Assembly (NCBI GenBank): GCA_012295275.1
Contig: CM022670.1
Location: forward strand, 27,714,001 to 27,778,000
Direction of reading: 5' to 3'
Length of the DNA stretch: 64,000 nt
From: Chrysomallon squamiferum
Lineage: Eukaryota > Animalia > Mollusca
Position 1 is the stretch's first letter. Each line of letters begins with the position of its first letter. The position numbers were made by a program, and so were the translations under genes. Shown here piece by piece: positions 42,801-56,328 of this stretch. The notes beneath the pieces were generated by a model, which did not search any database, was not told the origin of the DNA, and saw only the letters and a program-made list of their open reading frames with translations.

Positions 42801-45800
42801 CCGTGGCTCACAATTACTGGATTGCCGCTTTGCACGTTGTGGTCCATTCGCAGCTCAGTACTCAAGCCTAGGACATCAAATTGCAGCCATAGATGTCAGA
42901 GCTGGTCCATAAAACAATCGTTTTCTGGGAATACGCCATAGCTTTATGACAGTGATGTATAGCTAATATTGCTAGGTTCAGCCTACCACATTATCATTGT
43001 TTTAGGTGATTGGAAATAATAATAACCTGCAGTCGACCAGGAAAGCAGACAGCCATATGGAATTTACTGTGTGGAAAATACTTTCTGTAAAGGTTTGATT
43101 TTTTTTTTCTCTTCTTAATTAATTGCTTCATTCTGATTTTGTGTATGATCAATGTGTAACTTGCCTTTGATATTAAATGACAGAATCAAATGTATTGCCT
43201 TCAGATCTAATTCTTTGAAGAAGTATTAAATTGAATCTCTGTCTGTTTTAATTTGATAAGAGGACTGAATTTTTGTTTTAGAGGGAGAAAAAGAAAAGAA
43301 AAAGAAAGGCTGATATTAATTTTTTTCATTTTAATATCTGTGTTTATTTTGTAGTTTAAAAAAAAAGTATATATTATATAATTTTGTTATTTTTTTATTG
43401 ATTTATTCTAATTATTATCAGCATATTTAATTTATTTATTTATTTATTTTTATTTTTATTATTTTTATTATTTTTATCTAATTACTAAACTGACAAGAAC
43501 CTTATTCAACATTTTTATTACTGATCTGTGCAAGGATATAATAATCTCGATCTTTGAACAGAGAATTTACTAAAAATAAAAAATGCACTAAAATTTTTAA
43601 AATATTAATTTTAAATTGAAACAAAATGGGTATTTGGAATAACTTCTACTTAATTTTGATTTAAAAAATGCCAAACAAAACAAACGAATAACAAATTACC
43701 TTTATTAATTACATGAGTCTTTGTAGATAGAGCTTTTTGAATTATCCCAATTCCTGCAAAATCTTTCTTGGTATGTCACTGTGTTATTTACCATATCAGA
43801 CATTTCTCCACAGGATATGACTCATATTTTTCTTAATGTATTTTTTGTTTGTTTGTTTTGGGGTTTTATTAAATAAAAAGAAGTTTTTGATGTGTACATA
43901 TGTAGATATGTGTATCACTCAAACTAAGTAGTATTTTGTAAAAAAAATTATGTTTAACAGCCTGATACATTTTAATTTTAATACTTATTAGGTGTCAGTT
44001 TGTACTTTATATTTTTTGATGTAATGAATATCATTAATAAATAGCAGCAAGGGATCTTCTTGAATGTATCTTCTCACTGACAGAAAAATACACATTTTTG
44101 GATATGCTAGATAATCAGAATTCATCTTAAATGTGGTTAGATTAAAATAGAATTAGATTTCTTTCCTTTCTAGAAATGCAGTCCTTTGTTTTTGTTATAG
44201 TTATTGTTTATTTGTTAAATGACAAAAGAACAGAAAAACAAAACATTTAGCAGAAATTCTGATAAATGAATTTGCTTCAGTACCTTAAGTCATAGTTGTC
44301 CAATGTACCTTGAGTTGATTTTGAACATTAAGTTAGTTTATAAAATATTTGAAACCATTCCATATAAATAAATCATTTTAACAGAATAGTTTTAAATATT
44401 TGGAAATGCTTGTGCTCTTTAAAGTTTCTGTATCTTTTTTCATCTAGTTTTCATCTAGTTTTCATAGGGAAATATTGTTTCAGTATATGCTTTGTGATAT
44501 AAAATAGCTATTTGAAAACATAATGACTAACATGATTCTTAACATAAGAGGATGTTGCACCATATGCCTCTTGGCTGCTTACTACATTCCATTTGTTCTG
44601 CAGTCACAGTTCACAGAGTGTAATGTAAGATGGACATATTTCTTTGTTATTCACCTTCTGTTACACACACAGTCCTGACATTGTTTTCTTCTAGTTGTAG
44701 CAGCAGGTTCATTATTGGTTAAGATTTTTTTTCTGTCTGGTATTTTGATAAGTTATGTTTGTCTATTTATGCTTCAGTTCTTGCACAGGTATTATTATCA
44801 AATGTAGAGTATGTGGTTGATGGAAAAAAATCAGCTTAGATTGGCTTTTTCCAAAAATAATCTGGACCCCTATGTTTTAATGGACACAAATCTTTCTCTT
44901 CTTTTTTTTTTTTTTCAAAGAATATTTTCCAGTAAATCCAGATTTATTTTTTCATAAGTACATTCTTTCATCACTTTCACATGTTTTTTTTTTATATATT
45001 TTTTTTTTACATCAAGACACACATGTTAGATCAGTAATTCATAAAATGGAATGAACACATCAGCAGTATATTTACTCAAAGTTATTACTAAATTTCATCA
45101 CCTTGATGAATATCAGTTTACACTTTTGCCCTCAGGAATAAATATATACAAAAGTTTCATCTGTTTCTGTATCAGATATATCCAGTTAAAGTTTCTGTCA
45201 TAAACATTTACAAGACAAAAGCATATATATGTATTTTAAATATAGATAAAAAAAAATGTTTAGAACCAGAAAATCCTGAAGAAGATGAATATGCTCTATT
45301 CATTTACCACTGAAGTAAACTTCATGAATTATTTAAGACTGGTTATCCCAGTAAAGAAGCAACTAGCATCTCTTAGCATGAGACCTGGGTGTTGATGTAT
45401 TGATGGCTTCTCTCCGTCTGACAGGTTTCCCAGCATCAGATCCATTACCAGCCTTTAATACTGATGACCACGATTGGGTAATAGGAAGAAATCTTTATGT
45501 GCTTGGTCTTATCAGTGAGCTGGGCTTCATAAGGTGTTTAGTGAATAATGGTAAGACAATTGGGCTGATTACGTAGCTCAGTTTAGAAGCTGAGTTGATG
45601 GGTTTCTGTGTAGTTGTTTCAAATGAAATTTCTAGAAAGTGCTCTTGCAGAAATAGCTAGTTATTTAGACGAAAATGAGCAAAGGCAGTTGAAAATGGGT
45701 TAATAAAATAGAAGCTTTTAAATACAAAATTTAAGTAATTATTTATTAAAATTCCATAAATTAATAAATAATGGGATAGGAGGTAAGAAAAACTAATAAT

Positions 45801-46093
45801 AACAATAAATGAAAGCAAAAAGAAAAAACTGCTATAAAAAAAAAATCCATTATGCAGTCATGTATTATATTAAAATAAAATAAGTTTATGTTGTATATAT
45901 GGATAAATATTAGATATCTATCAGTCAACAAAAAGCAATTTGTAATATTTCTGGAAGATAAAGAACAGGTAATTATTATTTTCTTGTGTTTCATTGGTTA
46001 TCAAATCATTTTTCTGTAGTAAATTTTATTTTATTTCTAACAGAATTGTTTTTCTTTCATTCTTGCTTACAGAAATGTCTATATACTTTCCTC

Positions 46094-46106
46094 TGACCTT
46101 TGACCC
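46094..46106 (-). promoter_or_regulatory. Perfect DR1 nuclear-receptor element (GGGTCA-A-AGGTCA)
   Basis: TGACCTTTGACCC on the plus strand matches the canonical DR1 bound by RXR/COUP-TF/HNF4/TR2-4 class receptors. Motif match only. Confidence 0.45.
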
Positions 46107-47498
46107 GTCTTATATAAGCCTTTACTGTTATTATTAGAAATTGATAAAGTCAGAAAAGAATGTAAAAGTAAAGAGTTTAGTTGTATTGGTTTTCTGATTA
46201 CTTTATCAGATATACCCAGTCATAGGAGTTCATTTAAAGTCTGCCTAGTTCAGATCAACAAACACACTGTCAGAACTGCTGCAGGGTTTGATGAAGAACA
46301 TAGGTAGTTTGTAAATTATTCACTTATCAGATGTGACAATCTTAATTTGCAACTTCCATTCCTAGAAGGCAGGACTACTGTTTCACCTGTCCAAAGTAAA
46401 TAGTCAGATTTTCAGTGTATCTGTCTAAAGTGTTTAAATGTACCTTTCTAATTCTTTGTGTAATTACACTGTAAATCAAGATTCACAACGTTTGTTTTCC
46501 AGCTGACTTTTATTTATTTTATATTTCTTCAGTTTAAAAAAAATAGCTACTTCAGTTTAAATTTTACATTTAGATGCTTCATTATAAATATATTAAGTTT
46601 ATAAATGTAACACATATAGAGACACAAACATGCATTCAAACATAAAAAATCCCATATCATACAAAAAGCAGACAGACATACTACAGGTACTTACATCCAT
46701 CTGAATGTAGCTATGTGGCAAAATACTAACCTGTTTTATAGTCACAGTGCTATTTATAAACATCCCTTGCTGCTGACTGGAAAAGAGTAGACCATTCTGA
46801 TGTACTTAATCATATTTAAAATACATTCTTTTTTTTTCTCTTTTTTTTAAATATTTTTTGAAAGCATTGCTAAATTAAAATAATTTTGCATTTCTTCACC
46901 ACACTCTGTTTTAATAAAAGTAATGTCAGTGTTAAAATCCACAACTCATCTCTCATTCATTATCCTTGATTTTAAAAGATTTCCTTAACAAATTTTCCCT
47001 TTTTCTGGATTTGTAAAAGACACTTAATAAACAAATACAAAATATTTAAAACCTTTTAAAAAGGACAATGTTTTGAAACATTTTGTGTCATTTGAAGCAT
47101 TGATTAGATTTACAAAAAGTTAAACATAACCTCCCCCCACAATAAATACTTATTAAAATCAGACAAAACTTCATCCATATTCTTTTTCTTATTTTTTTCT
47201 AAATATTCCCCCCCCCCATTTCCTTTAATATAATATCAATAAGTGAGGCGATTAGCCATAAAGTTGGAAGATTTGCTATTAGATTGGCCACAGGCTTTTA
47301 CTCGAGACATTATTAAAATTGTTGAGGATGGTGCCTGCGAGGAAAGCTATGTTTCAGTAGCAGCTAGTTGCTGGGGGAGACGAGGTGATGTTATTATATT
47401 GAGAGGCTGCCGAGTAGTCATTTCCTTCTTATTGATGACATCAATGATAATTGATAATGTTAGCACTGTTCAAAACAATTTGATAGATGGAGATATGC

Positions 47499-47677
47499 AT
47501 TCAGAGAGAAAATGATATTTGTTAGAGGCATTTCTGCTTTATTTGGTACACCACTCAGTCCCGTTGTTTTAATTTTGTATTTAGTATTTTTCAACATTTG
47601 ATAACAATTCAAACAGAAAATGACATCTGTTGATGCACTTTTGCTTCATATGGTACATCATTTAGTCCTGTTGTTTT
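47499..47677. repeat. Old diverged tandem duplication (~108-bp offset)
   Basis: AGAAAATGATATTTGTT...TGGTACACCACTCAGTCCCGTTGTTTT (47499-47570) aligns with AGAAAATGACATCTGTT...TGGTACATCATTTAGTCCTGTTGTTTT (47607-47677), mostly by transitions. Confidence 0.85.
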
Positions 47678-50600
47678 GATATGTTAATATTAAGAAACAA
47701 AACATTCAAATATGGATTCTATAAAGTCTGGGGTGTTTTTCTTTTTTTACAGGAATTTAATTTGTATTCTTAAAAATAACTTAAAAAACAATTAGGTTTA
47801 AATAAAAAAATCTGTTTGATAAAAATGCAGAAACTAATTAATAAATTTCTATAAAACTAAAATATTTAGTTATTTTAAAATCTTGTTTATATAAAACTAA
47901 AATTTAGTTATTAAATCGTACTTCAAATAGCATTTATAAGCAATTAAAGATTTAAAAAATATATTTAAGACATATTGATTCAGGGTTTTTCTTCTTTCTA
48001 TTGGCTTGTCTTTTAAATGCCAAATTGTGTTCCACAGAAAAATAATTTTCATGACTGTGCATGGAAGCTGTCTAAAAATATAAAAAATCATTACAATTCT
48101 ATTGCTGGTCTAGGAAAACACTACACTGACAATAACTGTCAGGATAATAATATATTGGAAATATTCCAGGAACAAAGACAAACATTGGTGCATGTGAATG
48201 ATATTCCTGCAAAAATTGCAGAAAGATCAAACATTTGTTTGTTCTTTTGTGTATGTGAGTATTTTTTCATTGCTAGTGGTTCTTTCTTCTATTGAAAAAG
48301 ATTTTAGATCATCCTGTAGAGTATTGGTTTCAAAGGCTGATTTAAAAGCTTACCAAGGTTGCATGTCATTGATATTATTTGACCTTTGTTCTGAATTGGT
48401 CATTTATGGTAGGCATTATTCACCACTTTCTGGAATTGATATCTCATTGCTTGGAAGTGCTTGAAAAGTGTTTACTTATGACTCATTTATTTTCCTTCTT
48501 TTCATGTAGAATTTTAAATTTATTTCACCCCATATGATAATAAATGATACATAAAAAAGTAAGTTGTTTATATATATGTATATATATAATTGTTTATTAC
48601 TTTGGGTTTATCATTTACAGCAAGTAAAATAAATAAAACATTTTTTCTTCTTCAAAATTCTTCTAAAGATAAAGATACGCATCCAGAGAATTTTAATGTC
48701 ACTCAGGTCAATGTAATATGTTCCAAGGTTTTGGTTATAAAATGAGAGATGTCTATATATGTCATTGTGAGGTATCTGCCACCTTATCACACTGTTCTGC
48801 CGAGGGTCATCTCCTTCATGCAGATGCAAACATTTGACAAGAAAGCTAATGAGCTTTGACTTTGTCTGTGAGTTACTCATTTGCAATCTCAGTGTATCAG
48901 TGCCTGCCAGAAGATTGGAGATAACATGAACAGGGACATGACCTTTCATTGTTGCACTTGGAGTATTCATTTCATTTAACTGTGGACAACAAATCAATTA
49001 GCTTTCTACATGAAAATATAATTTAGACACAATTGTAGATATTGTCATTTTGACTGTTTGAAGGCACCAGAGTTCTACGAAAACAAACTGTCAGGTAATA
49101 TAATTAGTTTTTGCATGAAACTTATGTGCATTTTTCTTTTTTCCATTTTTTGTTTTCATTCTATAAGAAATAGAAGAAATTTGCAGGTCTGTTAAATAAA
49201 ATATTGATAATGGTTTGTTTACTGAGTTATATGGCTTAATCATGGAACTGTTTTGTTATTCAAATTTGTTCAGTGTTTCAAAGCATTCCCATAAGATTAA
49301 TTGCACTTCCAGAAAGATAACATGGGAGTCAGTGCTAAATGTTTGTACACCTGGAAACGTAGCAGTTGTCTCTGACTGTATTGTTGAATGTGTATTCTTT
49401 TATTCATCAAGAGAACATTTGTCTGTGTAATCTTTCTGCCAGGTTGTCAAACTAATGTTTATGACCCATGACAAATTTTCTGATAGCCATCGCCTCAGTT
49501 AATACCATGTTCATCTTCACTGCTACTGACAGTAACCCATGCTTTATTGCTATCAATACATGGACAAAGATTGTTCAGAAAGTAAATGTATAATAGTACT
49601 GGTGATTTGCAGTTGTATACTTGTGAACAGAAATACATTAAGTTATATCTAAATAGTAGGAAAGTTCAGAAACTTGCAAGAAAAGACAAAGGATTAAAAT
49701 AGCATAGTTAAATTGACTTTGTATTTCAAATTTAGTTATTAATAGGGTAAAAAATATTTCATTACAGATGTGTATACTAAAAGATATGCAAAAAATAAAT
49801 AAAAATTGTTTCTTTTTCATTATGATGTCTGAATTGTCAAATATAATAAAATTATAAAAATAAAAATGTTAAATTTGAAAAAAAAAAAAAATAACCACCA
49901 AAACAAGTTGTTTACAAGATATAAATAATTATGTGGTAAAAAGTAAGGCACACTAATTCTATTTATAATTTTGTTTATAAAATAATTTTGTATGGAAGGA
50001 AGAAATACTACTTCATTTTTTACCTTTTTAAATTTAAGTTTATTTATTTGATAATTTCATTTATTATTTTTTTTTTGTTACTTATTTTTTGAAAATTAAG
50101 CAGATTCAAATGCTGATTGCTTTTCCCTTTCTTTCTTTTGTTTTTTGTTTTTGTTAGTTTGAATGAATCCTAAACTTATCTTGCACTGACATTTACTCTG
50201 TAACCTCTGACTTACTTCTCGTATAATTTATACTTTTCTAGATAATCATTCAGTTCATCTTGTCAGAATCACATTGCAGTTGCTGAAAGAATATAAACTA
50301 CTACATTTAAAAGCTATATATTTTTGTGGGTAGAGAAACTCCTACAGATGTTCTGGGTGGTCTGTAAACAAGCAGGACTGAGAAAACAAAGTTCCTAACC
50401 TACTGATATCATATTCAGTGGTAGCAAGGTGTTATTTTGATCTGTTCCTTTTTACATAATCCTCAACTTTGTAACAAGAATCAGCTGTATTTGCTTTGGT
50501 GTATCGTTAAATGCTGGGGGACATCAAATATGGTAACTTGTTGGTGCCACATTGTTTGGAAGACCTGCCAGTATTGTTACACAAATGTTTCCAGGTTTTA

Positions 50601-52103
50601 TCATGTCTGTACAAGAGTGTGCAAGTCTTTTTAAAACCTGAAGTGGGTGGAATCACTGGAGCCATTGTGTTTTTGAACCTAGCTCTTGATACCTACCATT
50701 TGGCTGAGTTTCTTTGAGCAGATTATTTTGTTCAGTATTTATGGAGTGCAATACCAGAGAGGACATCAAAGGCACTGATACATTATCTTAAAGAATGTTT
50801 TAACAAGAAAGCATGATAACCAAACTGATGCTTCACAAATGTTAAATGAGTACTGCAGAATTTCACACACCCATTCTGTTTTGTCTGTAAAGACATTCCT
50901 GAATGGGAAGGCATGTAATCAGACATAATGTACACACTGCCTCAGTCATTTGTTCAAAAGACTTAATCAAGTGCAGGTCTGTGATCCGTAACAGGATAGG
51001 CATGATCTTGTAGTAATGTGGCTTGTTGTGTGAAGAATGGAAAAATATTTATAATGTTTTACACTTTTGAACAAACATTCTAACACCTCATTTGTGACAG
51101 ATGGCTATAATTTAGAACTATATGCTGAAATAAATACTATAAATCAAACTGGTCATAGCATTTTTGAAAATGGTTTGGGATGCATAGGCATTTACTTAGG
51201 TAATCATTTAAAATACTTGAGCAATTTCTTATATGAACCCATGTTATATTGTAACTGGTTGTCACTGACCTTAGGTTGGTTGCAGAATTAATCTTCTACA
51301 GAGGACTCATTTTATTATTCCACTTTTCAGCTTATGCCCAAAGATAAATTTGTCAAAGAATGTGATATTTGCTTCCCTGTAGTATAGTACATATAAAATA
51401 TCCATTGATGCTGATGGATATGAGCAGTGCATCAAACATATCATTAGGTTTCCTTGTGCAAAACACATTATATAATAAATTAATATTAAAATGTCTTGAC
51501 AGTGCTGATAAATATTCATTTATTCAGAATTAGAGTACCTTAACCTTGTGAACTATTAACCCATTGATTTCCAAGTAGACTAGTATTTATGTCTGAGACA
51601 CATGCTTCTTCCATCCAGGCTTAGTCTGACATCTGGACAACTGTTCTGACCAGCTGGTTACCAAGAAGAAGAATATGAAAAATTGAATATTTTTGACAAC
51701 AGACTGAGAATTGCAGTTGCAGACTCAATTAATTTAGATCAGATGACCAAACATCTTAAAGATTTTTAAAATTTATGTGACAGAAATGTGCATTATACAT
51801 AATGCCTTGGTTATTAATTGTTTCACATCTGCTGAAATATTTGAACTTTGCTTCTAAAAGGTTAAGTTATACATTAACTTTGATGAGTAAAATCAGGTAA
51901 CTTAAAATAGTAGGTGGCTTTAGAACTTACATACAGAAAGACACATGCATGATACACCCACATGTATACAGGCACATACACTAAGTGCTACACAGACAAA
52001 TTTAATGAATTGACAGATTCTGTACTTTCATTTCTCAGTGCATCTGATTATGAAAAATGTATTTTGTTATTGTTGAGATATATAAGATTCAGAAGAAACA
52101 CAA

Positions 52104-52137
<34 letters not shown>

Positions 52138-52143
52138 TCACAC
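52104..52143. repeat. Compound (CT)n-(CA)n microsatellite
   Basis: Directly visible. Confidence 0.95.
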
Positions 52144-55100
52144 AAACATTAACACATTCTCAGATCAAATCAATGCAAATGAAACAAAACAAAATGTTTT
52201 CCCATGAACAAGAAATAAATAAATATAAATTGGCTGTCACGGATGTGTAGAAAATTGTTCTTGATTGAACTGAAAAACTCAGGTGGTTTTCAGCTGCACA
52301 GGTTAATGAGAACTTCATCTCGTTTTGGTTTCTGTGTGTGAAGGGCTGATAGAACATTTGTGGTTGAGTGAGTCACAAATACTATGGCTTTTATTTACAA
52401 TAATGAAATGTGTTTGCTGATTAAAAACTGTAAATACATTTATTGATTAATTTTCAATAAATGATTAATTAAGTAATATTAAAAAAGATTAATCTCATAG
52501 TTAATGTTTCATATCCAGCTGTTGAGGATTGAGAATTGTTTTTGTTTTGTTATGTGTTATTGCACTGGAAGAGATAAACTGAATGACCTGTTGTTCTTGT
52601 TGTCACATTTTTATTTTGAAATGGTATTGAAATTACAGGTATGTTTTAAAAGCTGCAATATTGTTTAATCAGTTGTAACATAAAATAAATTAAATAGTTT
52701 AGTGTTAAGTTACAGAAACGTAATTCTTCAGTAGAATAAAATATATATGGGATCTTTTTTAATGTTATTGTTAGAGGTAGCATCCAAGCAAAATACACTG
52801 TTTTGGTAACCTGTCGATGAATAGCTAATTTTATGTAATTTTTTGGATAAAATGGATTAATACTTTTCAAATAAAGATTATGTGATCTTTCATTTTGTTT
52901 TTTTGAAAAATAATAACAAAGGACATGTCATGTGCCCAATCCTAAAAGGTTACCTGAGTCTGAATATTTTGTTTTTCCTCTTATGTATGGTATTTTATAA
53001 CTGTTTACAGAATAATAATTTGAAGCTGTATGCTCGATTTAATCGTTTGCATTTGTAGAAATGAAATAATAATTGAAAAAATATCTTTCTGTTAGCCAAT
53101 TTGAATAGCTGTATTGATGATAATAATCTTTAATATAGTTGTTTGACTCCCAAAATTAATGTTACAATCCTAGATTTTTTAATCTGTAGGTGTATTTATG
53201 TTAATATATTTGTTTGGTTTAATGCAATATGGATTTTAAAAACATCCCTTCTAAAACAATGCTATTTCATTATACTTCTCATTTTCTGAACATTTGTCAT
53301 ACAGAACTAGTTGCTATAATGAAGACTGTTTAAGTCAGTTAAGTGAATTATTAAAAGTCTATTATAACATGCAGATTATCAAAAATCATTTTATTGTAGT
53401 AAGCTGCTATTATGATGTTATTTAAATTATGAGCCTCCAGGAATTTCAGATAAACTATAGCCCACAGCCAGTCTAGTATGTAATGTACTCAAATGACAAC
53501 TAAATTCATATTTTCAGTTCTTCTTCATTAATAATTTATTCACAGTGAAAGCTTAACTAGGTAAATGGGCCGTGATTACTTCAGTGTGTGAGCTTTAAGG
53601 ACTTATCAGCCAGACTGGATAACGCAGTATTTTACTTTGATGTGTGTTCCTCAGATAGTGTGCACACAGAGTTAAACAAGCCCTACACTTTTAACTCAAT
53701 CCTAATAATTTATTTATTTTTAAATGAGCAGATGTTGGATTTTTTTTGGGTTTGTTTTGAAGGTTTTTTTAAACTTGTTTTTCTGATTTTCCCATAATGT
53801 TTGTTGAAATGTTTAATAAATTGAAAAAGATAAAACTTTGAAATGAGATTAAATTAAAAAAAAATAAAAAATAAAAAACTGAGAGTTGATTTAACTATAT
53901 TTTATTTTGTTATTCAGTGCTTTTACTTTTTTAAAACATTAATTTGATCTTTCGATAACTTTTTTAAGACTGTATATTTCAATCTTTAGTTGTTTATTGA
54001 TTCATGAATATACATGTGCTTGTATGAATTTAGATACAATGAATCTCAGACATAATTGACTGTTATATAATAATCTTTAGAAATGGCAGATTAGTCTGTT
54101 GATTATCTAGCAGATTATAATCAGGACATTATTTTATATGTATGAAACAAATGCTAAATGTATTGTAAAAATTAGCTCTTCAGAACAGGAATGTATTAAT
54201 AAATGTTAAATGTCAAAGTTAAACATGAATGTTAACAAAATGTATTTAAAATTTAAATTAAGACACACTGAAATATGTATATCTTGTTTAGGTAATGGAC
54301 TGTAAATAATAATAGTAATCTGAAAGCTTACTTAGGAATACAGCTGAAAAACAAACTTGCCTCAACCAACATAAATAAAATTACCATTCCTTTATTGCTT
54401 TTCTTAATATGTGTATATTCTCTCTATACTGTGGTACCATGTTCTAGGTTATTTGTGTTAAATAGCTATATTTAATTAATTTTTAAAATGCAGCTGACAT
54501 TTGGCATTAACAAATAGCATTTCCCACCAGTAATTAACCTCTTATTGTAACTTTTTTCTTTAATATCAGTGGAAATGTGCATGTCATAGTGCTTCTGAAT
54601 TAAACATTTTGAAGTATTTAATTTTTTTCAGAAATATTCAATTATTTCTGTAATTCATTTGTTATGTACTAAGAGCATGACCTTTGGTTAATCTTATTAT
54701 TAAAAAATTTAATTATATTTATTTATCTATTAATATTTTTATTTATTTTATTTTTTATATATTTTTTTATAACAATGATATTTTTATTTTATAATAATTA
54801 TTATTATTATTATTTATATTTTTACTTTATTCTATTTTTTTTATTTATTTTTTTTTTTTTTTTACATCAGACAGATTGGGAAAATAAATTATCATGCACA
54901 CATATCCTTAATCAGAGTATTTTGCAGTATTCCCCATGGTCATGGAAAGCTTTTAGAATTACTTTAACTTGAACTGCCTGACTGAACCATCTCGACTTAC
55001 TGGTGAAGTAGATAGATTAAGCCACAATTGAACAGCACATTTGCACAAAGCAATGGATTAACTAGCCATTAACCGGTTGAAATGATAGCAGCACTTTTCT

Positions 55101-56227
55101 GAATTAAGAGAATTATACTATAAATAGACTGAATGTGTGATTGGCACATTATTTAGACAGATACACTTGTAAGTAAATAACAGATAATTAACAGTGAAAA
55201 GGACAGTTCTTCTTTTTTTCTCTTATTGTGAGTGTGAATTAAATATGTTAATGTTAAATACTTCTTAATGCATTAATTAACTTTGAAAAATGAGAATTCA
55301 TTTTGGAATATTTAACATTCTGGTTTCTTATCTTGACAAGTTATTTAAATGAAAATAACAATGAAAAAAAAACACAAAAAAAAAAAAAAAAAAAAAAAAA
55401 AGAATCAATACCAAAGAATCCTAAACAAATAAATATATAAATAAATATTAAAAAAAATATGTTTATAGTCAAAACTTTTACCTTAATCCACAGACATTAA
55501 TCTAAAAATATAATTAAGTTTACGTATAACTGTGGAAACAGGAAAACAGTTAAATAAATTGAAAGTTAAAAGAAACCTATCTTCTAATTTAATGCTTGTT
55601 ACATTCAGCATTAACATTTAATAACACAGGATTTATACAATTCACCCCCCCAACTTTACCAATAAGTAACATGAGAAGACCAAACTTCAATTTTATTTTC
55701 TCATCAAATTAGTGGCTTTCAAGTTCACCAAACTTTCCTAAATCAACAGTTTGAATTTGATTATTTTATTATAAGCAGGAGGTAGAAAGTATTTTCAAAA
55801 CAATACACTGAGTTTGGGAAATAGCTCTATTAATCTGACCAGGTTGCTCAGTTAGAATCTCTACTGCTGAATATTTTGATAGCTATGGCATTCCACAAAA
55901 ACAGCAAACAAAAGTTCCTAACATTGCTTTGCAAGTTTTAATTGTGTTCTTTCTACCCAGTGATCAATATGTTATCCCAGTAGTGGACATTTCTCTGGGA
56001 TGGTTTAATACCATATGCTTTTGTTACAGCCAGTTGGTCTGTTTAGTTCCAGTCTCCAAGTCTGGTCCGAAGTTATCAATATAGCCATCAGTCCATGAAA
56101 GAATATAAAAGCAGTGGGATTGTCAAGCCTACAACAAGATTAACACACTCATTGTAGCCTGCTTGCAGTGACCTTTATGTTAATTTTCTGAAAGCTATCA
56201 GCATTTTTTTCTCTCTCCTTCTTTCAG

Positions 56228-56328
56228 CATCCATCGTAGACAATCAATCGATTTTCACTGGGGTTTGGATTGTACTGAGAGCAGCGGTCCATGTCGATTG
56301 AAGGAAGGAGACTTACAACTGAATTATT
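56228..56328 (+). other. Internal exon (101 nt), possibly the first coding exon of the plus-strand gene
   Basis: Very strong pyrimidine tract (tttttttctctctccttctttCAG), ATT|GTAAGT donor, and higher GC with four CpGs. One frame is fully open (IHRRQSIDFHWGLDCTESSGPCRLKEGDLQLNY). Alternatively the ATG at 56291 gives MSIEGRRLTTEL... open to the donor. The protein is not recognised. Confidence 0.7.

Noticed and set aside
50320-51050. Possible decayed RTE-type LINE 3' end on the minus strand
   Set aside because: The translation (…KKTCTLLYRHDKTWKHL…) only faintly recalls RTE C-termini and needs frameshifts. It is not supportable without a search.
51541-51866. TTAACC...GGTTAA piggyBac-like termini
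   Set aside because: The inverted match is only a few AT-rich bases with no extended TIR.
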